64,000 bases of DNA from Pristiophorus japonicus (GCF_044704955.1 NC_091983.1:193750001-193814000), one strand, 5' to 3'. Positions 38,603-53,722 are shown, counted from the first letter of the stretch. A program made the numbers and translations. Notes: generated from the sequence alone by a model not told the origin.

Positions 38603-40001
38603 ATGCAATGCAAATCTGTAGTGGGGAATATGCTTAAAGCTATCATTAAGGAAGAAATAACGGGACATCTAGATAGGAATAGTGCAATCAAGCAGACGCA
38701 GCATGGATTCCTGAAGGGGAAATCATGTTTAACTAATTTACTGGAATTCTTTGAAATATAACGAGCATGGTGGATAGAGATGTACCGATGGATGTGGTGT
38801 ATTTAGATTTCCAAAAGGCATTCGATAAGGTGCCACACAAAAGGTTACTGCAGAAGATAAAGGTACACGCAGTCAGAGGAAATGTATTAGCATGGATAGA
38901 GAATTGGCTGGCTAACAGAAAGCAGAGAGTCGGGATAAATGGGTCCTTTTCGGATTGGAAATCGGTGGTTAGTGGTGTGCCACAGGGATCGGTGCTGGGA
39001 CCACAACTGTTTACAATATACATAGATGACCTGGAAGAGGGGACAGAGTGTAGTGTAACAAAATTTGCAGATGACACAAAGATTAGTGGGAAAGCAGGTT
39101 GTGTAGAGGACACAGAGAGGCTCCAATGAGATTTAGATAGGTTAAGCGAATGGGCTAAGGTTTGGCAGATGGAATACAATGTCGGAAAATGTGAGGTCAT
39201 CCACCTTGGGAAAAAAAAACAGTAAAAGGGAATATTATTTGAATGGGGAGAAATTACAACATGCTGCGGTGCAGAGGGACCTGGGGGTCCTTGTGCATGA
39301 ATCCCAAAAAGTTAGTTTGCAGGTGCAGCAGGTAATCAGGAAGGCGAATGGAATGATGGCCTTCATTGTGAAAGGGATGGAGTACAAAAGCAGGAAGGTC
39401 CTGCTGCAACTGTATAGGGTATTAGTGAGGCCGCACCTGGAGTACTGCGTGCAGTTTTGGTCACCTTACTTAAGGAAGGATATACTAGCTTTGGAGGGGG
39501 TACAGAGACGATTCACTCGGCTGATTCCGGAGATGAGGGGGTTACCTTATGATGATAGATTGAGAAGACTGGGTCTTTACTCGTTGGAGTTCAGAAGGAT
39601 GAGGGGTGATCTTATAGAAACATTTAAAATCATGAAAGGGATAGACAAGATAGAGGCAGAGAGGTTGTTTCCACTGGTCGGGGAGACTAGAACTAGGGGG
39701 CACAGCCTCAAAATACGGGGGAGCCAATTTAAAACTGAGTTTAGAAGGAATTTCTTCTCCCAGAGGGTTGTGAATCTGTGGAATTCTCTGCCCAAGGAAG
39801 CAGTTGAGGCTAGCTCATTGAATGTATTCAAATCACAGATAGATAGATTTTTAACCAATAATGGAATTAAGGGTTACGGAGAGCGGGCGGGTAAGTGGAA
39901 CTGAGTCCACGGCCAGATCAGCCATGATCTTGTTGAATGGTGGAGCAGGCTTGAGGGGCTAGATGGCCTACTCCTGTTCCTAATTCTTATGTTCTTATGT
40001 T
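38603..40001 (+). mobile_element. CR1 3' fragment (subfamily D)
   Basis: RT ORFs at 38767-39904, with a (ttcttatg)2 tail. Confidence 0.94.
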
Positions 40002-40167
40002 AATAAAAGCAACTACCAGATATCAACCAAATGTTCTTGCAATTAACAAATTATTAAACAATGAAAGCCAACTGGTGTCATTTCAACTTGTATGTCCCTA
40101 GAAAGGGTTACTGATGTAATGAAAAGCGCAACTCCCAGACTGCAAATCTGATTTCAACCCCAAAGAA

Positions 40168-41490
40168 TACATAGAAACATAGAAAATAGGTGCAGGCGTA
40201 GGCCATTCGGCTTTTCGAGCCTGCACCAACATTCAATAAGATTATTCCTTCAGTAACCCTTTCTTGCTTTCTCTCCATACCCCTTGATCTCCTTAGCCGT
40301 AAGGGCCATATCTAACTCCCTCTTGAATATATCCAATGAACTGACATCAACAACTCTGTGTGTTAGGGAATTCCATAGGTTAACAACTCTCTGAGTGAAG
40401 AAGTTTCTCTTCATCTCAGTTCTAAGTGGCCTAAGGCTGTGTCCCCTGATTCTGGACTTCCCGAACATTGGGAACAATCTACCCGCATCTAACCTGTTCC
40501 GTCAGAATCTTGTATGTTTCTATGAAATCCCCTCTCATTCTTCGAAACTCCAATGTATAAAGGCTCAGTTGATCCAGTCTTTCCTCATATGTCAGTCCAG
40601 CCATCCCGGGAATTAGTCTGGTGAACCTTCGCTGCACTCTCAATAGCAAAAACGTCCTTCCTCAGATTAGGAGACCAAAACTGAACACAATATTCCAGGT
40701 GAGGCCTCACCAAGGCCCTGTACAACTGCAGTAAGATCTCCATGCTCCTATACTCAAATCCCCTAGCTATGAAGGCCAACATACCATTTGCCTTCTTTAC
40801 CGCCTGCTGTACCTGTATGCCAAATTTCAATGACTGATGAACCATGACACCCAGGTCTCGTTGCACCTCCCCTTTTCCTAATCTGCCACTATTCAGATAA
40901 TATTCTGTTTTTGCCCCCAAAGTGGATAACCTCACATTTATCCAAATTATACTGCATCTGCCATGCATTTGCCCACTCATCTAACCTGTCTAAGTCACCC
41001 TGCAGCCTCTTAGCATCCCCCTCACAGATCACACTGCCACCCAGTTTAGTGTCATCTGCAAACTTGGAGATATTACACTCGATTCCTTCATTCAAATCAT
41101 TGATGTATATTGTAAAGAGCTGGGGTCCCAGCACTGAGCCCTGCGGCACTCCACTAGTCACTGCCTGCCATTCTGAAAAGGACCCGTTTATCTCAACTCT
41201 GCTTCCTGTCTGCCAACCAGTTCTCTATCCACGTCAGTATATTACCCCCAATACCATATGCTTTGATTTTGCACGCCAATCTCTTGTGTGGGACCTTGTC
41301 AAAAGCATTTTGAAAGTCCAAATAAACCACATCCACTGGTTCTCCCTTGTCCACTCTACTAGTTACAGCCTCAAAAAAATTCCAAAAGATTTGTCAAGCA
41401 TGATTTCCCTTTCATAAATCCATGCTGACGTGGACCGATCCTTTCACTGTTTTCCAAATGCGCTGCTATTTCATCCCTAATAATTGATTC
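40168..41490 (-). mobile_element. CR1 3' fragment (subfamily B)
   Basis: RT ORF pieces, with a (catagaaa)2 tail. Confidence 0.93.
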
Positions 41491-43099
41491 CTAATGATAA
41501 CAGAATAAAAATGACAGAATAAAAATGGGTCTTTGATAAATACCACCTTTTGTCACAGCCACACGTCTTCCCTATACACAGCCTTAAAATGTGGATTAAT
41601 TATAATAGGTTGATAGGTATCAAATTTCGTTAGATTGGGTGAGCAGGATAATAGCAGTAGACCAGAGATCAATAAAAGTAACTAATGTTCCCCATCAGAT
41701 ATATACCCGAGTTAACGGTAAGTTAATTTTATTTCACCATAATTAAGCACATCTGTTTTGAAGGGGAAAGCTACCTTTGCAGTTTCCACATGGAACTTTC
41801 CTCAGCCATAATCAGAGAAATGCTTCATCACACAATACCTCCCGTAAGTGCAAATTAACTGTTCCCATAAATGCACATGGTTTCATGTTAGCGCCTGTGT
41901 AGAGAGAGGAAGGAAGAAAGCGCACAGCCTTGCTGATTTCTCCCCCGCCCCCGAAACAGTTTCCTCCTGGCCGCAGTCCTGCTTTTTCCCTTCCCCACCC
42001 CCCACAGCTTCCCAGTGCCAAACCTCATTAAAATATTAAGTTCTTTTATCCCCCCTCTCTCACTCAATATGTTCCCAGCCCTAACCTTGACTTTTCAAAA
42101 CATTACCCTCCCTGTTCCCATGTTCCCAAGCCTGGCCTGGTCCTTTCAAAACTTTGCCTCAGTGCAGCTCCCTATATGCAGACACCAGGCCACGTCACTT
42201 TTAAATTTCGTACACACTTACACACACAGAGTTTCTGAAAGTAGTTAATAGATTTGTTTTCCCTGAACTTTTTCCTTGACATGTTTTTATTTACCCACCT
42301 TGCCACTGCTCTCCTACCTACCTGTACCAGTTCTGATGGAGTTACAATTTAAATACTTAAACAATCTTTCTCCTTAGATTGGAGCTACCATACATTTACA
42401 GCATTTTCTGCTTTTAAATTAGGAGACTTGAATACAGAAACATTGTTGGATTTTACTTTTCTCTCATTACTGACGCCATAATTATGCATACTAATTTGAT
42501 TCTGGAACAGTTTGCCATACAGCTTGGTCATGTGTTGCGTGGTACAGATTAGCAAATATTTCTGTGATCAATACATTCAATAATTATTTTGTGATGGCTA
42601 CAACAATGCCCAAACTTAGCAATAAGTCTCAAAAACATTGGGACTTCTTGAGAAGTCATACAGTTAACCACTCGCCGGTTAGGGATAAGGGACTGATCCT
42701 TATTTCTCTTCCTGGACTGTTTTGAAGTAATGAGTCACTACAAGTGGTTAGCCTTGTGTATTTCTAGAGGTCCACAGAAACGTAGTAGGTTACAGGGAAG
42801 TGTTCCAAAACAGAATGCAATACACAACTGTAATAGTAGAAGAAACCACTGAGTCAACAAAGTACAAAAGCAAGAAACTAAAATTAAACCCACCAAAGGA
42901 ATATCAATAACAAAAAGTAGAGATGTAGAATTAGAGAGAGTTAGGAACAGTCACGTGTCTGTAAACTGACTATCGGGAGTGAAATTTTGCCTTCAGTCAT
43001 AATGCATAAGGGGAAAATTCCACTAGTACCAATGACTTGGAACAGCTCAATCCATGCAAAAAAAGCAAGTCATCCGTCTGCAGGTCACAGCAACACAGT

Positions 43100-43286
43100 G
43101 GGGTAGAAATTAGTCTTGTGTGGTGGTGCAAAATGACCGGTATCACACCAGCTGCCTGCTACATGGGCCGCCTAATAATTCAGTTCCATTGCAATCAATT
43201 GAATTCAATATCAGGCGGGGCGTATAACAGGCAGCCAAGCCGACAGTGCCAGTTTTGCGCTGCTGCACAAGACAAATTTCTACTCT
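43100..43286. mobile_element. Short palindromic MITE
   Basis: Imperfect ~34-bp TIRs ggggtagaaattagtcttgtg / cacaagacaaatttctactct. Confidence 0.7.
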
Positions 43287-46200
43287 ACTGTGTTTGTAGG
43301 GAATTCGTTGCTCAGGAAAAGATTTATATGTCCAGGAAGTCAAGGCCCACAAGACAATGGGTTGTCTACCTGGAGCTAAAGCAGTACGCATTGAGGAACA
43401 GTTAGAAGGAATGCTGAATGGATCAGACCAGGCCCTCTAGTGATTGCCCAGACAATAGTAAATTACACAATGAGAAATATAGAGGCCTTAAAAGGCGCAC
43501 ACGAGAATTGTGCCAAAATGCAGCCTGCAGCCATTGGTTCCTCCTTTCCCTGCCACACCATCTATTCTCTCCCCTGCCATCACCCCCCCCCCCCCCCCCC
43601 CGCCCCACCCCGAAAAGAAAGGAGAGCAGAAGAGGGAGTGAGCGTGGGAGGAAAGGTGGCTCAGAGAAAAACAATATGAAGACATCAGAGACTAACCATT
43701 TTCTCTGACTTCCCACATACAACATCACCGGAGACTGACTGACAACTCTGAAAATATGTCTATGCGCACTTCCTATCAACCTTTTCAATTATAAATTGCA
43801 ATGACCACACATAGTGGAAACTGCCTACATACAACTTGTCAGGCTGTAATTACATTCCCCAATCAAGGCACCGCACCATCATCACTGGTAGGAGTGCGCA
43901 ATTAGTGAGATGAGTGTACATTAGCAGTTTCAGTAATAAATGTGGATCAATTAAGTTTGTATGGGAATGTATGACTTTTAAATGGGGAGCAAATTATGTC
44001 TATGTCCCAGTCTAATTACCCTCTGGATCACTTCACCATACATTTACTGTGCATCATGGGTAATTGACCAGCTAGTCCTTGAATCCTTTCATACTCATTT
44101 TGCAACAATTTTAAGTAACTATCATTGCCCCTAAAGCCCAAAAGTATGCTCTCAATGTTTCCATCATAGACATAAAGCAACACTGGCTAAATAAATTCTC
44201 ACCCCTCCTCCCCCTGCAAAGCAAACCCCATTAAACATTAGGATTTAAAATGGCTTCCAAATGTAAAACATCACATCCAATATTAATTTTCAGAAAAACA
44301 GAGCGAGTGCTCTGAATAAAATGCTGTTTGTGTCTATTACGCAAGATTGGTGGAGCAGAAATCTTTGGTGGTTTTTTTTAATTACAACTCTCGAGTGAAA
44401 ATTTTTTTAAATCCACCTTTTTATAATGAGCCTGATTATACTCCATGATGCAAAATAAACAGTGTATTCCTGGCAGTGTCAGATTAAAAGAGAAAATCTT
44501 CGTAACTGATGCAAGTTCTCCAAAGATTACCATAACCACTTTAGTTCAGTAGGGCAGCAACAAAGGATTTTCTGCCTCACAACAGATTTGATTAACATCT
44601 TCAGAAGTAGGAAATGCTTAGCCAATAGAGAGGCGCTTTTTCACATAGCAACACGAGATATTGCAACAGTTTCTGCAGAGACGTATGTTGCAGAGTGCCT
44701 CTTGCATCTTCTTGCTGGCAGTCTGTCCCTGTGGCAATCCATGCTCAACAATAGCTTCAATATGACAACCTTGCTGACCTATTGATTATGTTGAAACAGA
44801 CTATTTTTGACCCAGTGAGTGACCAACTTGGAGGAATGTAGTAAATGAATGCAAGATTCTTCCCAAGAAAGAAACTTGCCAGTCCCTTAAATCCAAGATG
44901 TGCAAGCATTTATAAATTGTGTGTGTCACAGTTCAGTTATTTTCTCACAAGGGCAGCCAGCCAGGAAGTTAAGTTAAATTCAAGGTCTACAAAATGCTGC
45001 CACAGATTAAATAGCCTTAAAAAAATTGTACAGTTGTCTCCAATGTTGTGGGAGGAGTTCAAGAACATTAAGTACTAAGCAAATGCTGGCTCAATGTCTA
45101 CACTTCAACCACAATGAAGCCACATCAGCGACATGCAAGCTTGACAGCAGAGAGGCACGTTCAGTTCTCAAGTTTGCAACCTGTTATTTTCAAACATTGC
45201 AAATGCACAAAAGAGCTGCTGACAGCCCAAATTCTTAAACATCCTGTGTCCAATAGCAAATTCAGATGAACATTTTCAGTGTGTCAAAATGTTGATGATG
45301 TCAGCACCACCTTTCATTTTTTTCCCCTTAGTTTACATTTTTGTTTTGCCCTCTATTCTGGTCCTCACAAACATTTCACCTTCGTCTCATCTTATTCAGT
45401 ACATAACCTGCTTTTTGTCCTCTATCTTCACATGACACCGATGCTTTATTATCAAGATGGTAGTTATTGGAAAGGAATTCCATTTCAAATCTTAACAGAC
45501 AGCTCTTGGTGGAAATCAAGGTCTTGGTGGAAATGTTGTCAAAAACGGTCTTTCCTCTCATTAATTTACTTTTTTGCAACTTTAAAATTTTCCAGAAAAC
45601 ATGGATAAATCATTTCAGTATTAAAAATAAAGAATAACAATGACCCAGAAGAGTATTCAAAAAAGCATATACATGTATAACTGAGCAGCCATCGGCACAT
45701 TGCAGAATGCTTTAAATACAAGATCAACACTGAGCTAGAATCACATCACAATAAAGCCACATCTCACAAGTAGATGGCCTTCCTCCAGGAGGTTTGAACA
45801 ATGAAATACAACTGTTGGCCATGCATCAGAAGCTTAACCTGCATGGTGCTTTTGCAGACGTTGAAGAAAGACAAGAAACAACAAAGGTACCCTATAAAGC
45901 AGATTTATGGCAAAAAGGGGAGGGAGCAGCTATAGGGAGGGTGCACTTCATTGTATGCTGATCGGTCAGTGAGTACCCTGGAGGATGACTGTCTCAGTGA
46001 ATATTCTGCAGGGGAAGTTAGTCTCGAGACCAAAGTCTTTCACAAAGACTCGGATTAAAAAGTGGGTGCTGACTAAGTCTGGAACATTGCACTGATCTTG
46101 GACATCGTGAACAAAAAGTTGGCTGGGACAACATAATCTGCTTCATGTAGGTCCTACCATCAGATACCCATTGTCTAGCCAATGAGAAAGCTCAGACTTG

Positions 46201-46297
46201 AGATGACAGCTGCTAGAATAAATTACCCAGAGACCAGGTACAAGAACACAAACTCCTATCTAGTGCTCTGTGCGAATCACAATTGAGTCGCAGAGAA

Positions 46298-49200
46298 GAA
46301 CATATAAGAACATAAGAATTAGAACAGGAGTAGGCCATCTAGCCCCTCGAGCCTGCTCCGCCATTCAAAAAGATCATGGCTGATCTGGCCGTGGAGTCAG
46401 CTCCACTTACCCGCCCGCTCCCCATAACCCTTAATTCCCTTATTGGTTAAAAATCTATCTATCTGTGATTTGAATACATTCAATGAGCTAGCCTCAACTG
46501 CTTCCTTGGGCAGAGAATTCCACAGATTCACAACCCTCTGGGAGAAGAAATTCCTTCTCAACTCGGTTTTAAGTTGGCTCCCCTGTATTTTGTGGCTGTG
46601 CCCCCTAGTTCCAGTCTCCCGACCAGTGGAAACAACCTCTCTGCCTCGATCTTGTCTATCCCTTTCATTATTTTAAATGTTTCTATAAGATCACCCCTCA
46701 TCCTTCTGAACTCCAACGAGTAAAGACCCAGTCTACTCAATCTATCATAAGGTAACCCTCTCATCTCTGGAATCAGCCGAGTGAATCGTCTCTGTACCCC
46801 CTCCAAAGCTAGTATATCCTTCCTTAAGTAAGGTGACCAAAACTGCACGCAGTACTCCAGGTGCGGCCTCACCAATACCCGGTACAGTTGCAGCAGGACC
46901 TCACTACTTTTGTACTCCATCCCTCTCGCAATGAAGGCCAACATTCCATTCGCTTTCCTGATTACCTGCTGCACCTGCAAACTAACTTTTTGGGTTTCAC
47001 CCCCAGGTCCCTCTGCACCGCAGCATGTTGTAATTTCTCCCCATTCAAATAATATTCCCTTTTACTGTTTTTTTTTCCCCCAAGGTGGATGACCTCACAT
47101 TTTCCGACATTGTATTCCATCTGCCAAACCTTAGTCCATTCGCTTAACCTATCTAAATCTCTTTACAGCCTCTCTGTGTTCTCTACACAACCTGCTTTTC
47201 CACTAATTTTTGTGTCATCTGCAAATTGTGTTACACTACACTCTTCCAGGTCATCTATGTATATTGTAAACAGTTGTGATCCCAGCACCGATCCCTGTGG
47301 CACACCACTAACCACCGATTTCCAACCCGAAAAGGACCCATTTATCCTGACTCTCTGCTTTCTGTTAGCCAGCCAATTCTCTATCCATGCTAATACATTT
47401 CTACTGACCCCGCATACCTTTATCTTCTGCAGTAACCTTTTGTGTGGCACCTTATCGAATGCCTTTTGGAAATCTAAATACACCACATCCATCGGTACAC
47501 CTCTACCAACCATGCTCGTTATATCCTCAAAGAATTCCAGTAAATTAGTTAAACATGATTTCCCCTTCATGAATCCATGGTGCATCTGCTTGATTGCACT
47601 ATTCCTATCGGGATGTCCCGCTATTTCTTCCTTAATGATAGCTTCAAGCATTTTCCCCACTACAGATGTTAAACTAACCGGCCTATAGTTACCTGCCTTT
47701 TGTCTGCCCCCTTTTTTAAACCGAGGCGTTACATTAGCTGCTTTCCAATCCGCTGGTACCTCCCCAGAGTCCAGAGAATTTTGGTAGATTATAACGAATG
47801 CATCTGCTATAACTTCCGCCATCTCTTTTAATACCCTGGGATGCATTTCATCAGGACCAGGGGACTTGTCTACCTTGAGTCTCATTAGCTTGTCCAGCAC
47901 TACCCCCCCCCTAGTGATAGTCTCAAGGTCCTCCCTTCCCACATTCCTGTGACCAGCAATTTTTGGCATGGTTTTTGTGTCTTCCACTGTGAAGACCGAA
48001 GCAAAATAATTGTTTAAGGTCTCAGCCATTTCCACATTTCCCATCATTAAATCCCCCTTCTCATCTTCTAAGGGACCAACATTTACTTTAGTCACTTTCT
48101 TCCATTTTATATATCCGTAAAAGCTTTTACTATCTGTTTTTATGTTTTGCGCAAGTTTACTTTCGTAATCTATCTTTCCTTTCTTTATTGCTTTCTTAGT
48201 CATTCTTTGCTGTCGTTTAAAATTTTCCCAATCTTCTAGTTTCCCACTAACCTTGGCCACCTTATACGCATTGGTTTTTAATTTGATACTCTCCTTTATT
48301 TCCTTGGTCATCCACGGCTGGTTATCCCTTCTCTTACCACCCTTCTTTTTCACTGAAGTATATTGTTGTTGAGCACTATGAAAGAGCTCCTTAAAAGTCC
48401 TCCACTGTTCCTCAATTGTGCCATCGTTTAGTCTGTGTTTCCAGTCTACTTTAGCTAACTCTGCCCTCATCCCACTGTAGTCTCCTTTGTTTAAGCATAG
48501 TACGCTCGTTTGAGACACTACTTCCTCACCCTCAATCTGTATTACAAATTCAACCATACTGTGATCACTCATTCCGAGGGGATCTTTTACTAGGAGATCG
48601 TTTATTATTCCTGTCTCATTACACAGGACCAGATCTAAGATAGCTTGCTCCCTTGTAGGTTCTGTAATATACTGTTCGAAGAAACAATCCCGTATGCATT
48701 CTATGAATTCCTCCTCAAGGCTACCCCGTGCGATTTGATTTGACCCATGATTACTGTCATTCCTTTTTCACATGCCTCTATTATTCCCTTGATTATTGTC
48801 CGCCCCACCGTGAAGTTATTATTTGGGGGCCTATAAACTACACCCACCAGTGACTTTTTCCCCTTACTATCTCTAATCTCCACCCACAGTGATTCAACAT
48901 TTTGTTCATTAGAGCCAATATCATCTCTCACAACTGCCCTGATATCATCCTTTATTAACAGAGCTACCCCACCTCCTTTCCCTTCTTGTCTATCCTTCCG
49001 AATTGTCAGAGACCCCTGTACGTTTAATTCCCAGTCTTGGCCACCCTGCAACCACGTTTCAGTAATGGCCACCAAATCATACCCATTTGTCATGATTTGT
49101 GCCGTCAACTCATTTATTTATTTCGAATGCTGCGTGCGTTTAGGCAAAGTGTTTTAATACTAGTTTTTAAACCATGATTTTTAGTTTTGACCTCTCCTGC

Positions 49201-50352
49201 AGCCCCTTTATATTCATACGTATTGTCCCTTCCTATCACCTTGTGGTTTACACTTACCCCAGTGCTACTCTGCTCTGTTGCCTCCTGCCTTTTGCATTCT
49301 TTCTTGGGGTCCTGTTCATCTGCGCTCTCACCCACTCTAACTAGCTCAGAGCCCTCTCCTGGGTTCCGAATACTCCTCGCATTGAGGTACCAAGCTTTCA
49401 GGCTTGCCTTTTTATTACACTTTGACCCTTTAGAATTTTGCTGTACATTGGCCTTTTTTGGTTTTTGCCTTGGGTTTCTCTGCCCTCCACTTTTACTCAT
49501 CTCCTTTCTGTCTTTTGCTTCTGTCTCCATTTTGTTTCCCTCTGTCTCCCTGAATTGGTTCCCATCCCCCTGCCATATTAGTTTAACTCCTCCCCAACAG
49601 CACTAGCAAACACTCCCCCTAGGACATTGGTTCCGGTCCTGCCCAGGTGCAGACCGTCCGGTTTGTACTGGTCCCACCTTCCCCAGAACCGGTTCCAATG
49701 CCCCAGGAATTTGAATCCCTCCCTGCTGCACCACTGCTCAAGCCACGTATTCATTTGCGCTATCCTGAGATTCCTACTCTGACTAGCACGTGGCACTGGT
49801 AGCAATCCTGAAATTACTACTTTTGAGGTCCTACTTTTTAATTTAGCTCCTAGCTCCTTAAATTCATCTCATAGGACCTCATCCCTTTTTTTTAACCTAT
49901 GTCGTTGGTACCACTGTGCACCACGACAAGTGGCTGTTCGCCCTCCCTTTTCAGAATGTCCTGCACCCGTTCCGAGACATCCTTGACCCTTGCACCAGGG
50001 AGGCAACATACCATCCTGGAGTCTCGGTTGCGGCCGCAGAAACGCCTATCTATTCCCCTTACAATTGAATCCCCAATCACTATCGCTCTCCCACTCTTTT
50101 TCCTGCCCTCCTGTGCAACAGAGCCAGCCACGGTGCCATGAACTTGGCTGCTGCTGCCCTCCCCTGATGAGTCATCCCCCTCAACTGTACTCAAAGCAGT
50201 GTATCTGTTTTGCAGGGGGATGACCGCAGGGGCCCTACCTTCCTTGCTCTGCTCTTCCTGCTGGTCTTCCATTCCCTAGCTGGCTGTGGACCCTTCACCT
50301 GCGTTAAGACCAACTCGCTACACGTGCTACTCACGTCATTCTCAGCATCGTG
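46298..50352 (-). mobile_element. Long chimeric CR1 (esterase ORF1 and APE-RT ORF2, with frameshifts)
   Basis: ORFs 49892-50272, 49114-49530, 48701-49108, 47163-48572 and 46558-46980. The LNARSIRN motif is duplicated. Confidence 0.95.
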
Positions 50353-53300
50353 GAAGCTGCTGCTTAGGCGGTTCAATGGTACAACTGATAATGGAAGCTC
50401 AGAAGCAAGCCAACCTCTGTGGCAGACTCAGTAATCTGATATCTGAACTAGGCAAGTCCAGGGTTCTAGAGACACTGTTGATTGTTGATCAGCTAGCCTG
50501 ATTCACAAATGCAAAATGGAAGGATAATCTTATCACTTGGATCTGCGATTCCTTCCACTCTGCTCCAAGTATCCTCTGCAAACCAATACCACAAGGGTAG
50601 TTCTAACTGAACGAGTTACCAGGAAGCAACACTGGTAAGTTATGTGGTTTTCAGCCAGTTAAACATCAGCAGTACCCCAAGATACACTTAGCATCCCTGT
50701 GTCAGCCTATGTCTATGTTCTTTGGACTTTGGAAAAATGGAATTTGTCACTTTTAGGGAGTGTGTCTGGGTCCATGTTGGGCAAACAAAAACCACAAAAA
50801 CCCTAGTGGATGTAAGATCTCAGCAGCTTGATTCAGAGACTTAAATATGATGGATTTCAGTGTTTGTGAGACACTTTGTTGACCAATAAAAATAAATGTC
50901 ACATAAGCAATATAACAAGTTACATGAATTTCATTCAACTGAAAATTTTCAGCTCATCTCCATGGCAATAATGGATCAAAGGATTACCTGACTTCCATAC
51001 GTATGACAAACATTCAGACCATTCCCAATACCTTTGTACCCAGTCCTACTAAGGTGTTGAAGCCATTCTAGTCTGATGCGATCTACACCACTCAAGGAAC
51101 AGAGGTCATAAACATTTGAAAAAAGTTTCTGCTGATTCAGCCACCTAGTAAATGTAATTATCTGAAACTGGGCTATGTTCTCCAGTATTGCATGACTGAA
51201 CACAGCATGACATAGCATAAGTCATGCTGCCAATGGATATTTTACATTTATCCTGAATACATGAAAAAACAGTTCAAGGGATGGGAATGAGAAAGTCATT
51301 ACATCAATGTTCAGCAAATACTAACTAGAAGAAAAATACTGGTTAACACATTATAATTAGGACTGAATAAATGCCAAAATGCAATATAGCTTCAGAGAAC
51401 AGCTGTATTTCAAAACATGGCCTATTGGTAATACTAAAAAATGCAGAGAAACAAACCACACACATATTGCTGGATCTTTCAAATGTCAGCCATATCTGCA
51501 GTCCACCAGAGAGATGACGAAAAACAGGTCACAAAAGGAGGAAACCCACTCTTCATACCAGCAGAGCTGAAGATTCAACCACCATATAATGTGTTAACAA
51601 GTCCTTTAGCTCTCCCGACCCATCATTAATATAAATTGGGAAAGATGACCAAAGCACAACTGTCCCATGCACCACTGACATACCATCTGAAGATTGTCTG
51701 CTTCAGATAATGATAAGTATGAAGGTAGGCTGATAAAGGGAGAAATGAGCAAAGACAAGAAATCATACTTAAACCCAAGGACCAAGATCAAAGTTCTCGA
51801 CTCACATTATTCTCAATTTATGCACAACCATACTATCAAACCTAATATACAATCATAGTTCCTGCGAGCAGTATGCAATCAAAATGAACAATGGCTTCAC
51901 AAAATGTGTCTGTACACAGTGAAAATGAAAATGAAAATTAAGTTGTGATTTTTTTGAAAAAGCACAAACATCTCATTTAGCATTACATTTGTTCCCAAGC
52001 CTAAAGCATGTACACAATGTGGGGGGAGGGGGGGGGGAACAGCAGAAATTGGGGATAAGTCACATTTTATGGCTCCATATCATGCTTATTGTTCGTGAAG
52101 TTATGGGTGTAGACATAAGCCAGCTGTACAGCTTTACTCTGCAAGTGTCATTACATTAGTATCTAACTATATAGGACAGCTGAGTCTCACAGCACACTAA
52201 AAAAAACAAGAGATTGAAATTTCAGGAGATTAGAGTTGAGCAACATTACAGATCTGCAGCACAATTGAAGGTTGTGTTTCCCAATCATGATCTTCAACAG
52301 TTCAATTATCTTTTCATGGATATTGATTCTCTATATGGAAGCAAAACAGGAAAATCCAGAAACTGCAATCCAGAATGACAACTGGAGAAAAAAGAAAATT
52401 AAAATCTCCCAAGTGAACAGTTTAGTAAATCTTCAGTCAAAACTTGGGGATGGGGAAAGAGAAGAAAAATAGAGAACACACAAATTTAGCTCAGGTTATC
52501 CTGACCTAAAAAGTATGGTATCTCTTCAGGCTAAAAGTATAAACAGAACTTATAATCAGTAGTATGCTGTAAATTAATAACCATGACTTTGCATCAAGTT
52601 TTAATTGGTTTCCAGTTAAGGATGCACACACGGCTGCTCCAGCTACTTAGTGATCAAATCCAGGTTTGCAGTGACCATTACCACATTAGCTTTAACTTTT
52701 ATAAACACAAATTATGCCAAGTTAACAATCAACGTATAAACATCCCTCCTCTCCCACCATCTCCGTCCCCCCCCCGCCCCACCCAGCCTTTTACAATGAT
52801 GGATGGGGCAGGTGGAAGAAAAGAGATAAAAGTTGGAAAAAAATTGCTGCCCATTTCAGTTGGTTTTCAAAGGCACAGTTTCAACACAAGCAGATAAATA
52901 AAAAAATATTTCCTACTGATAAGAATACAAGTATTGTGTAAAATTTGGAGAGAAAAAAATGGAGCTTGTATATAAGAACATACTTTTGGCTGCTCCGTTA
53001 AATCTTATCCTGCCTGTGTGTTTATCAGCAAGACCTCCTACATCTACTGTCCCTCAACACTTCATTACTGTTGGCCAACAGATGTGTGTGCCTTCTTCAG
53101 CTACAATGTTGCTAATGTCAACAAGAAAGTTTAAACACGCTATAATGAATTTACCACGGTCAGCTCTTTTTTAATAAAAGCTGCAAGTATCAGAAATACT
53201 TGCACTTAAATTTAGCGCAAGGCTCAAGCACTTTCCCCCAGTTTATTCAAATTCAGAATAAGCAAAATTAAAATTTCATGCATTCCAATATTTTAAATTT

Positions 53301-53722
53301 GGGAGGCTTGTTGAAACTTGTACATCAAAAAGGTCTGACAACAACCTGAATTGGATTGAATGGTCAGTGTTAGATCACAAGATAGATAGGGAGCCATTTG
53401 GTCCATCTTAGTCTGTTTTTCCCTCCACTAGCCTACCTGCAAGACAATTCCAAGTGTTAAGTCACTCTGGACGAAGTAATACTTGCTGACATGTGACATA
53501 AATTCCCTTCTCCACTGTTTTAACAGATGCCCTCTGTTTTAGTATCTTGGCATATTCTTAATAGTGGTCTGGATTAACTTCATCCATGCCTTTTAATACT
53601 TTTGCAAGACCCCCACTCACCTCCTTTCAAGATTAAGGAGCTCCAGTTTCTCCAGTCTTTCCTCATAACTCAATCCTTTGCTGCAGAATCAGCTTTGAGG
53701 TTCTTCTCTGCATCACCTCCAT

